Source of the DNA: Utricularia gibba
Lineage: Eukaryota > Plantae > Magnoliophyta
Direction: 5' to 3'
Length of the DNA: 64,000 nucleotides
NCBI GenBank assembly: GCA_002189035.1
Contig: CM007989.1
Location: 3,224,001 to 3,288,000, forward strand
Shown: positions 1 to 10,900 of the stretch, piece by piece
Numbering within the stretch: position 1 is the stretch's first letter
Layout: each line of letters starts with the position of its first letter
The notes under the pieces: model-generated
Database searches by the model: none
What the model saw: the letters and a program-made list of their open reading frames with translations, nothing else
What the model was told of the DNA's origin: nothing
Translations under genes and position numbers: made by a program

Positions 1-3000
1 TTGAACCTCTTGCAATTTACGTTTCATGAATCCCAATAACTCTGGGTAGAATCTTGGTTATTATGATGTGTGTTCAGAGATTCCAGGGATAGAATGTTTG
101 CTTTCTTTTCATGTGAAAGTTATAAGTTTTGACATGGAATCCCTGCCTAAGACAACCCTCTTTCATCTACACCTGAAATTAATTAGTTTTGGATTTATGG
201 AAAGACAGTGTTGGAACACATGTTTCATTGTCTTGATAATTTTATGAAGTAGACTGCTGCTGAGTGTTATTAACAATTATATATTTTTACTATAACAAAA
301 TTGTGTAGTTTTTTTTGCTTAAGAACAATTTACCTTGTAAAATAGTTTATTGCATTTAATTCAATTTTTCTAATTAGTTTACAAACTTGAACACCTGAAA
401 TCCTTAATACAGGAATTTTTCATGAAATATTGTCGATGTGATGTATTTTGCATTAAATGATCAGATACGTTTCCTTGATCCAGCTGCTGGTTTTCCTCTC
501 TTTCTTGCAGCGAGCTAGCTTTTATATCTCTTAGGAATATTTCACGCCAAGTTGGATTGACATGTTGGCTTCCAGATGAGAATAATAAAGCTAAACCTTC
601 AATAGTTGATATTCTGAAAGATTCTTGGACCTTGAAAATTGACTGTGAAGGTATTTTAATATGAACCATGTATGCCGAATGAGTATTTAATTGCTTATCT
701 TGTTTTGATATTCTAAAGTTATTTTTACTTGAAACAAATTTGGATGTGTATGTATTTTTGCATCTCTGAGTTTTACTGTATGGAATTGAATGGTTCTGGA
801 CCCACTTTTCGGAATTGAGTATATTTTTACAGGGATCTGGAATCATAGACTGCTCGAAGTTCAGATATATATAAATAATACATACATCATGACCATCTGA
901 ATGTATATTAATTCTTGCAGACAATGAAAACAATGTGATAGTGGGACTTGCTGTCGATAAGTCATCTCAGAATGAGAATGCTCGATTCACAGTTGGTGAT
1001 AAGGATACGGAAGTCTCGCCCTGCTGTGTTATTGTCTGTTTGACCATTGATGGAAGCATTTCTCTCTTCCACTTCGCTAGGTAATTGCATGCTGATTGCA
1101 CCATTGTTCTTGTCTGATTCAATACTTTAGTGTTGTGATGGCTGCTCTCAACCTTAACATTTTCGATATTGTGCTTCTTCTAGCGCTGTAGGTGTTTTAA
1201 CATCTCAGGAAGTCAGTGACCGTGATGAAGAAGATGATGCTTGTGTTTCAAACAATTCTGAGCTGCCCCAAGTTTCTTCTTTAGGCGACTTTTCTAGGTG
1301 AAAGCATGTTGATTATGCATTGTTAATTTTTTTGATTCAATGTGGTAATGGTACCAGTGGAAGTGTGTGAATTTTTCTTTGTTTTCTCTAGCTCTGCAGA
1401 TGTTTTACCGTTTCAGAAAGGTGGCGGTCATGATGAGGAAGATGGTATTTGTGTTTCAAAGAAGTCTGAGTTGCCCCAAATTTCTTTTATAGGCATTGAC
1501 AAGAAAATAGAACCAGCTCTTTCAACCTCTGAACCTCCCACCCGCATCATAACTGAGCTTGGAACGATGAGTTCTAAATCTAGTACAAGGAATCACTTAC
1601 TGCATCATCCATCAGATGTAAGCTCATTTCTTTTGGTATGCTTCCAATCACCAACGATTTCTATAAGTAAGCTAAATCTTCACAAGTTCGATTTCTGTGG
1701 TCACAACACCATGGGAATGCAGGGAAGCAGAAGCCCACCATCAAAATCCCCTGATGCACAGGACTTCTTAGATGGTACTGGTGGGCCAAGAAAACCTTTT
1801 CAGCCAGAATTCAAGAAAGAATTAGTTCCACCTCCATTCTCATCAAGGCGCCAACACTCTGCAGCCCAGGCACCAAGACGTCTTGGAAATGTACCATGCC
1901 TTTTTAAGCTTTGAATATCATAGAACTGCCCTATTCATAATCATATTTTAGGTGTCCATTATGTGTGATCTATCTAATGTAATATCCTATCTTCAGGTTG
2001 AGGAGATAACACGATCACTAGATAATCTACTTGAAGAGATTGAAGAAAAGGCGGGATTCACAGATTTATCCATCACTGATCAGACAAACTCAATCAAAGA
2101 GTTAGAAGACAGACTGTGCCCCCTTTCTGAAAGATGCAGAATTTGGAGGGTTGATGTTCTGTTCACTTGATAAGAGTTTCTTAGGAGTATCATTGTCCTA
2201 TTTTGATTTATGAGAAAGGACTAAATTTCAAGCATAATGCAAACAAAGATACTTTTTCATCCTATTACTGAAGTTGGCCTCCTTATTTTGTAGGAATCAG
2301 TGGATGACAAGCTAATAGAGGTCAAAGATCTTCTTGATAAAACAGCGCAAGGTATGCTCCTGCTATTTGTTTGTTAATCATGTAATTAAGATCATTAACT
2401 CCCCATTATTTCATGGAATCCAATGGAAGTTAGCTTGTCGTCCTTGGATATGCACTTGTTTCATAGTTCAGTTTTATCTCTTGTTTGCAATTTTGTATGA
2501 AGTGGTTAATGTTCTTTCTTGTATATTCCTTTTTTAAATTTAATTGAATGCTTCATGCTATTTCAGTTTTGACGAGGAAGGAAAATATTGAAAAGATCCT
2601 TAGAGAAGCAATGGATAGTCGATACTGGGAGCTTTGGGATGTTCAAGAACTGAGTTGTGAAATGGAATCGAAGCTGAAAAGTATAATGCAAAGAGAACAG
2701 GTTTGGTTTTATTAGTTTGAGCTTTGAAGTCCACTGGAAATTCTATCAAACCATGTCATGTTGTTTTCTGCTTATTTAAGACACATTGAAATAAAATTCA
2801 GGTGCTCACAAGTCAGTTGATTGAGTTGGAGAAGCATTTTAATACATTGGAGTTCAATAAGTTTGGTGAAAATAGGGGGTTGCTGAGTAACCAAATGGTT
2901 TTGCAGAATTTGCCAAGGAATTCAAGGTATTTTCTGAATTTCTCCCCGGTTGTTTTTTTTTTTTTACATCAACAATTAAGTTCGTTTTATGTTAATGTTG

Positions 3001-5832
3001 GATAAATAAATTACTGTGGTGGATTAGAATTTTTATAGTTCACACTTAATTGTTTGCAGCCAAGCTAAGTCCTTGCAAAGCCTACGTAACACCATGCATT
3101 CCCAGTTAGAAGCAGCTGAGCATCTTTCAGGATGCCTTTCTGAACAAATGGCTTCTTTGAGAATTGAGTCTTCTGAAAAACATGACATGAAAAGGCAGTT
3201 GTTTGAATGCCTTGATCTCCACCCTTCTAGCAGTAGCCCATCTCCACCACCTGCAAGGGTGTCAAGTACTTCAGCCCAAAACCAGATAGTGAATCGCGAT
3301 AGTTTTGCAAATAGTGAACCAAAAAGTGTTCGGCGGCAGCATTACTCCCTAGATCAAGTAATATCTTTTTATCCTTTTTTTAGTTGTTGAATTTTTGTAA
3401 TTTAAATGCATTATTCCCTAGGTCAATAAATTTGGGATGTTCTACATTAAAAAATGGAGTATAAATAGCGTGTTCCATGAATCACTGAAAACTATTTGTA
3501 ATAGCTTGACTGCTGCTTCTAAATTTGCTCAAGTGCTCCTTGATGATTTGGATAATTTCATAATAAAAACCTTATTCAGTTCAAAAAAATACCGGATATT
3601 GTTGGTTGATAGGTTCACCAATTTCTTCTGTTTAGCTTGTGTTTAATCTTTGTTACGATGTCAACTGTCAACTGGTTTTGAACTTGAGTACAGAATGCTG
3701 AACTTTATATATCGAATTGAGTGTCCAGCATTGAGTAATGAATGCTGGACACTGCATAGAAGGTGAAACATCTCAATTGGTTTCATGATAGAATCCTTTT
3801 GTAGGCCGTGAACTTTGTGACACTGCATTTTCTTTCTTTTCTAATTTTCTCTATGCTTAGGAGAATGTCTTCTAAAAATTATCCTTTTTTGCATCTATTA
3901 CAACTCTAACAGAGCTGGACAAGTGTAGAGATGCCAAAGACCACCGTGAAGAGGATGTCGAAAGTAAACTATGAGAAAGGCCGTTCACATAGTGTTTATG
4001 GGAATGGTGATAACCAGCAAGGGATTCTTGACCTGAAAAGGAAGACAGAAACCCGTTCTCCTTACAGTGTATCTGGAAACTCTTCAATCCGTTTCAGAGC
4101 CAGAGGTAGATGACCTTTCGTAATTGTAGTAGATTTTTTGAAGTTTAAAATTGATTATAAGCATAACTACAAAAGTTTTGACAATCTGAACTTGTGCAGG
4201 TAGCACAGATGTACCTGGAGAACGTTTCAGTGAGAACTCATCTAGATCGTCTGGCCAAAGTGATCTTCCTAATCTTAAATTTAAAGAGCCATCCAGTCTA
4301 AGCTTTCCTTCATTGCCACTTGGAAATGTTCAAAGTGGTGAAGCACCTCGGCTTTCAATTGATGAAACATCAAAGAGCAGTGTGTCCTCTAATGAAAAGA
4401 TCTATTCCGTCCTTGCAGTTGACTCCAAGCTTGGTCAAAATTCTGATACCGTCACACATTCCTTGTTGACCCCGTATCATGTAGCTCCTACCCCGGGCAT
4501 CAGTGTAGCTGAAAGTAGAGAGTCAATACTGCATCATGGGAAGCTTTCTTCGAACTTGTCATTGCTAAATAGCAAGAGCAATCTTTCATCAGAGCCCTCT
4601 GCTTTGAAATCTCTCAGTTCAGAATCTCTTGCATCACGTCCCTCAAATGTGATGCTTGACTCGAAAAGAGAAAGCCCCCCCTCCTTGGTGAAAAATGCAG
4701 TGCCTCCTAGTCCATCAGAAACAGTAAGCAGTTCTACTGGACCACAGGTTCCTCAGATGGTATTGCCGACTTCCGAATCCCTTTCAAAATCTAAAACCAC
4801 CCCTTCTTCTGCACCTTCTTTGTGGTCAGCTAATTCAGGACATCAGAGTCCAGATGTACCTAGTGGTTCTGTCACATTTTCTCATGTATCAGAGCTTCCT
4901 ACCACATCCACATCTCGGGATGTGTCACATGGAGGGTTCCTTGGGCCTGAACAAAATGTTGCTCCTGATCAAGTGGAGGAAATGGAAGAGGAAGCCCCTG
5001 AGGCATCTAGGGCAGTTGATATCTCATTAGGGGGCCTTGGTAGCTTTGGTATTGGTTCAAAGCCAAGCTCCACGCCCCAAGACACCAAAATTCCCTTTGG
5101 TGTGACTTTGAACACTACTAGTCTGGCATTTAGTACCTTCCCATCGTACAGCATGCCTACTTCTGGTGGTGAGTTTTTTCGACCTGCATCTTTCAACTTC
5201 GCATCACTACAGCCTCCAGCCCCGTGCAATCAGCTCCAGCACCTAACATCTCTAGCGGATTTAATACTGGCATGCCTGGTCATTCTTCCGGTGCTGGAGG
5301 ATTTGGGCAACCATCAGCGATTGGAGCAGGCCAACAAGCAATAGGATCCATGCTTGGTGCATTTGGACAGTCTAGGCAGCTTGGACCTGGTCTTCCCGGA
5401 AGCAGTTTCACATTAGCCAGTGAGTTTGGTGCACCAACAGGAGGGGCGCCCGTTGCTTCTGGTGGATTTGCTGGTCTTTCAAGGGGTTTTGGAGGATTCG
5501 CTGCAGCTGCTAGTGGTGGACGCGGATTTTCTGCTGCTGCAACAGCTTCTCAAGTTGCAGGTGGGTGCATACATGATGCTTACATTTTTATCTGTATGCC
5601 CGTTGCATTGTTTTTCTAAAATTGCCTTGGATTGTATACTTGCTTCTTGGCTGAGTTGGGAATTACTGAAAATAGAGATATAACGCATTATTTTCTATGA
5701 CATGAAGCTGGAGGATTCGGAGCTTTTAGCAGCAACCAACAAGCTGGAGCCAGCGGAGGTTTCTCTGCATTCGGTGGGAATGTTGGAGTTAAGAGGCCTC
5801 CCTCTGAACTATTGACGCAGATGAGGAAGTAA
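1..5832 (+). CDS. NUP214: Nuclear pore complex protein NUP214, multi-exon, 5' end outside the window; apparent -1 frameshift at 5220-5223
   Basis: Spliced exons read ...VIVGLAVDK...FHFAS, coiled-coil exons (VEEITRSLDNLLEEIE; LRNTMHSQLEAAEHLSGCLSEQM), PKTTVKRM, a Ser/Pro-rich exon with FRPASFNF, an FG/GF-rich tail and the C-terminus RPPSELLTQMRK* (TAA 5830-5832). GT-AG boundaries are consistent. ORFs 4313-5344 and 5224-5619 join if one C is added to the C4 run at 5220-5223. Confidence 0.9.
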
Positions 5833-6330
5833 GTATTGGCTTTAGGCTTGGAAATGCAAATGAGCTGGCAGACAATGCTGCGGCCTGGAAAGCACGAGAG
5901 AGAATGCACTTCAGTTTTTCTTCTTGCCAGTACTCCATTTTTATTTGAAGTCAGTTGATCAAGCAAGAAGACTGCAGTTGCATCAATGGCACTGATTCGA
6001 ACCCGCATTTACTGGGAGTTTTTACTCCATTCACAGTATTTCCTCTGGGTTTACACAATTTTTTTTGGTATAGACACATCTATAATGAATTTTATTTTTA
6101 AAGAAATGTTTAACAAAAGGTAGGAAATATATTCATGTGCCGCAAGCAGCCTAGTATCTTAATAATGAACTATGATCACTAGTCATTCATTGAATCTGAA
6201 CCAGAAATTTGGTGTCTTCCCTTGTCGTGCGGTTCGGTTTATTGACCTGTTTACAAGTGTTTTCCTTTGGAAGGTCCATATCAGATAAGCTTGTTGACTG
6301 TTGGATGACTCATAACTTTCTTACATTTAG

Positions 6331-7800
6331 CAGATAAGCTTTTCTCTGCAGCATGTTATTGCATGGCCTAACTTCAAGTGAAAGCCAAGGAGATCTTGAG
6401 GTAATGTAGCTCTGATACTTGCTGATTAATTTTCCTTAATGAGAAGTCATCATTGAAATAATTTTAGAAGCCTCTATATTAGCAAACCTTAAAAATTCAT
6501 AATATCCTCTAGCTGTCTTTTGTGCTGCAAGTGTTCTGACACGTGATGAAGGATCAAAATCAATGCAAGGAGGAGGTGTTGGTATTCATTTTTTTGGTTT
6601 ATGTGCATGAAACGTCTAGTTTTTTGGTGGGTTTCATCTTCCTGTTCTTTTCCATGGAGTGTCATTGAGGATCCTGCTTAGACTTCTGCGATGTTTCCAT
6701 GAACTTGTGGCCCCAATGCCATCGTTTGGAGGGGCAGTCATTGATGCATCATATGGTGAGGTACCTCCTGGCACTCGCTTCATCGGTGAAAAGCAAAGAT
6801 GGAAAAGCCATTACATTTGAGTCTGTCATCCAATTATTCTGAAACTGCTGTGGCATGGCTCTTATTTGATTGAGTTGATTTTGGTGAAAATTACACACCA
6901 TACGCGATTGAGTTGGTTGCTCTACTCCTAGGAGAGAGAGAGTCTGCTGCGTACAATAAATCCACTGATATAGGAAAGAATATGCAGCATTGTGACCTCC
7001 TAAGCCAGAGAATCTGACTTTCATACTTCAGTGAGTTAGATGAAATGCACAAATGCCTAATATTTGCAGCAGAGGGACTAAAATCCGGAGCATAATCCGT
7101 TGACTATATTCCCTGCTGCTGCAATATCCGAGATTGAAGATGTTGAAAAAAATGAGGCCCATGATTACAGTTGGGTTTGCCATGAAATGCTTGCCAAGGT
7201 TCTTGATCCACAGATGGGTTTGTTAAGGGGCTAGAGGCGAACATTAGAGAGCAAAGTGTTCCAAATTAGAGCAATCCGAGGAGCCAAGTTGCAGTGGTTC
7301 TTAAACGCTTAACGCAGTTTGTGGAGAAGCAGTGCATTGGGGCACAGGTAGTTCGTCTATTCATCATACACATTCCCTGAATAGTTTGCTAATTTCCTAA
7401 GCAAAAGCATCTTTTGAACCATAATGCAACCTTGGCTGAAAATCTATCTAAAGCTGGTGGAGGTGCCTCCTCCCAGCTTGACTGAATCTGAGGCTTCATC
7501 TTACATAGACTCAGGCATGAATGTAACAGCCTTCAGCATGTAAATTTCCAACTCAAGAAAGTGATCGATCAAATAAGAAGCAGTGGAAGCCTAGACATAG
7601 AAGCTATAAAAGCCAAAGCTCAAATAGGGAACGAAGCAGAGATGAATGATTTGCTGGTGCTCCTTGGACGAGAACAGAGCAAGGTGGACAAACTTAATGG
7701 GTGGCTGACTGAACTTGGGGAGGATGCTGACAAATTGCTGGCAGAAAATGGTGAAGAAATGGAGCTCCACGATGATGATAAAGGCAAAGAACCAAGATGA
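6331..7800 (+). pseudogene. GC6: Golgin candidate 6 / USO1-p115 (GC6/MAG4) pseudogene: 3' half only, introns retained
   Basis: Pieces match plant GC6 as I recall it: SMLLHGLTSSESQGDLE|gt (to 6400); AASVLT-x-VMKDQNQCKEE; ELVAPMPSFG / SLMHHMVRYLLALASSVKSKDGK; HPIILKLL; LEANIREQSVPN*SNPRSQVAVV; NSLQHVNFQLKK...DIEAIKAKAQ...EMNDLLVLLGREQSKVDKLNGWLTELGEDADKLL (to 7800). There are several frameshifts and in-frame stops, the coiled coil is shortened and no N-terminal half is present. Confidence 0.85.
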
Positions 7801-8518
7801 AATGAACACCCTTCGGTGCTGTAACTCATTTGCAATTATCTGATCGTTCTACTCTGCTAATCCAAATCTTTTCACTCGTCACTTTCCATCTGTAAAGTTC
7901 AGTAATGCATATGAATTCTTTTATCCTTTCCTTGTGCAGGCGACCCTGCAACTGCAACCATTATCCAGTCGTCAAGTGACTTACGTGTCAAACAATGGCT
8001 CCGACTCAGGAGAACAAGTACTCAGCTTCGGCCAAAAGCACCGGTTTGCGGACATGACGTGGTAGTTATCCGACCCAAAATCGGATCGTCTATCGAATCG
8101 ACGATGGAGCTCCCGACAGCACACCGGCGTAGGGCCACACAAGCGCCTCTCTCGAGACGGGCAGGGAAACAAAAGAACACCCTGTCAAAAAAAATTCATT
8201 TTACAGAGACGGAGGAATCTTTGCACGCTGCAGATGCCAGATGTGCTAACGCCAAGCCAGGAACTTGAACACACATCAAAGAATCAACCAAAACGAACCT
8301 CGTTTTTGTGGGTTGGTCAAATCCGATGTGGGTGAAGTCGGAGACAAGATGGAAGCCGAGGGTACAGCTCAAATTCCATTATTTGTCGACATGCAATTCA
8401 ATCAGGCACACAAAATTACAGATCCCCGTGACTGCTTTTACAGAGCAACACATGGTGATAGATAATGTTCTGCAATCGAATGCTGGCTGGAACAGGGATC
8501 GGGGACCCCAACTGGTTT

Positions 8519-10151
8519 TTAGCTGCAAAGCTCACGGGCCACCCCGACCCTTGAATTGGGGCCGTCGATCAGAATGCGGTGGTTCTGTTGCTGGAAGCTG
8601 GCGATGACGTTGAGGCCGGAGTCGATACCCTCGGCTGCCGCGGCCATTGCTAAGCAGGAGGTGGTCCCAGCTGTGCTATGGATGAGGAAATTGTCCTGTG
8701 GCAGTGTGACGTTCATGCCGGAGAACATGAACGTCAGCGTCGGAACGACGACTGGGACCGTGTAGCATGTGTCGAAACCGCCCAAGGAGGACACCGTCGC
8801 GTTCCCCATCCTCCGCCGGATCTCGTCCCGCACCGCCACGTACGCCGGCTTCACCAGGGTCGTGAACATTGTTCCTGAGAAACAGTTTATAAAATAGCAA
8901 ATTTTTAAAATGCCAATCCCATCACAGCGCAAGTCTCAGCCAACATTACCTGAGTCCAAGACGGTGCCGTTGCCGGAGACGGGATCGTAACGGAGGGCAG
9001 TGGGGCTGATGTTAACGACTCTTCCTCCAACTCTGATTCCAAGGAGATCGACGTAGTACAGAGACGATCGTCTCGGATTCCTTAACAACGGGGTCGTTTT
9101 AATTCGTATGGGCTGCGACACTGGCCCCAGCCGCAGCGATCCAGTGAAATTCAAGGATTTGTAGCCTGGGAGACAATAAGAGAACGTCGATTTATAAATT
9201 CCGGCGGCTTGGGATATCAGAGAAAGCGGTCCCCTCCCTAGTCCGAGCAGCCCCTGCGCCGGGAATGAAGTGCCATTTGTTTGGCGGACACACCCGAAGG
9301 TGTATCCGGGGATGGAGTCCGAGAGAGGGATACGGTGTCATGCGACACAGTCGCCGAGATGACGGAGCTGCCGTACGTCACGTTGGTGCCGCAGACGGCG
9401 CCACCGCCGCTGCAACTCGGGTTGGGCACCTGCGGAAATTAAAATGTTTAAAAATCAATTTATAAAAATTACAGACAATTTCTCACTAATTTTTCATATT
9501 TATTTAAAATCTTTACTGTAATTATTTTGTTACCACAGTAACTTATGCAAGATAAAAAGTAACACGTATATTTCTGAAAAAAAAGACAAAAAAACAACCA
9601 TTGAATAACAAATTTTCACACACACGGCCCCAACGCCAGCTAAGACGCTACGCTCTTCAGCAGGCGGCGGCGCGTGAGCGAGTAGAGTGACCCAGAGAAA
9701 ACCAATCCGTAAAAAAAGAAAACCGCAAACAACTAACCTTAGCGCATTGCGACGTTCCACATCGTACAGCTTGAAAAGTGGAAGATTTAGCCTTGTCAAA
9801 GGTAGTGGAGGTGCAGCCGGCACAGCCGGAGCATGGAATCCAGGCGACGTCGACGCTGGTATCCACGGCGGTAAACAGAGTCTGCGGAGGGGTTCCGATT
9901 TTGATCTTCACAACGTATGTTGGGTTCCTCATCGCCGCCCTGGCGGAGCCAAGAGGGACGTCGGAGCGAGCGGTGGCGAGACTGGAAAGGTACAGGAACC
10001 TGGCCGCGTCAGAGGATTGCATTTGGAGTACGAATTCCTCCCACGACCACGACGGCGTAGCCGCGTGGAAAACCCGGAGGTCGGTGGGCACTTGAGCTCC
10101 CACTGCGACGGAGGAGAGAATTAGAGTGAGGGACAGAAGAAGGGAGTTCAT
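8519..10151 (-). CDS. AED3: Secreted A1 aspartic protease, AED3-like; 3 exons (10151-9738, 9429-8950, 8874-8519); apparent frameshift near 9320
   Basis: Signal peptide MNSLLLSLTLILSSVAVG, then YVVKIKIGTPPQ..VDTS..AWIPCSGC, QGLLGLGRGPLSLISQ, second catalytic motif LDSG|T, and QQQNHRILID...RVGVARELCS*. The true ATG is 10151 (the ORF-track start at 10172 is GTG). Exon 2 changes frame in CCCTCTCTCGG at about 9319-9329. Confidence 0.9.
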
Positions 10152-10419
10152 GGCGACGGTCGACGGAGCCACTGCAAACCGGTGTGCTGGTGCAAGGCGT
10201 GACCCTTGGGGGATGGGTGGCTTATATACAAGGGGGATAGTGGCAACCCTAAAATTACTAAAACAACCTCATCACCCTAACCAAGTTCTCATTTTCACAC
10301 ACAACCTTCCTTTAATCATGCCACATGATTCAACTTACATACAGTTTCTATTTTTGTAGAAAATAATTAACAAAATTAAAATAAAAATATCTTAAATTTA
10401 GATCAGTATACAGGTTTAA

Positions 10420-10900
10420 CACTTCAAATTTTAAAATTATAAAAAATACTTCAAATTATCAAAATCATGTAACGAAAATCCAAACAATTTTCAAAATTTT
10501 TATAAAATGAACCGTCTTTGATTTCAAATCCAACAAAATTTTATATTAAAATTTTTTGTATCCATATATGAAGTTTAGTGAATAAAATGATATCTATGTT
10601 AGGGTTATATTGTGCTTGCGTCTCACATAATTTAAAGTGATAATGGTTATATCGCGTTCACATCTGATATAATTCAAAATGATGATGATTATATCGCATC
10701 TCATATGTCGCACCATTATAACAACATTATGGTCCAATTAGTTTTGATAATATGAAGGGTTAAATAGAAAATTTTATAAATTTAAAAACAAAATATTTAC
10801 AAAAGAATAAGTAGAGAGATCTAAGATTCAATTTTGAAACTTAAAGATTAAATTATTTATATTAACCGTAATTTGAGTATCAACTACAAACTACATTCAA
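10420..10900. mobile_element. AT-rich non-autonomous DNA transposon (MITE/MULE-like), copy 1; boundaries approximate
   Basis: Aligns by eye over about 450 bp with 30600-31020 (e.g. ttttataaatttaaaaacaaaatatttacaaaa...caattttgaaacttaaagattaaattatttatattaaccgtaatttgagta vs ttttcataaatttaagaataaaatatttacaaaa...taattttgaaacttgaaaattaatttgtttatattgattgtaatttgaagta). Degenerate inverted ends. No TSD identified. Confidence 0.5.

Noticed and set aside
379-933. 184-aa minus-strand ORF and other antisense or overlapping ORFs (e.g. 22796-23593, 4969-5229, 56596-56949)
   Set aside because: Shadows of real genes on the opposite strand or frame, with no recognisable domains.
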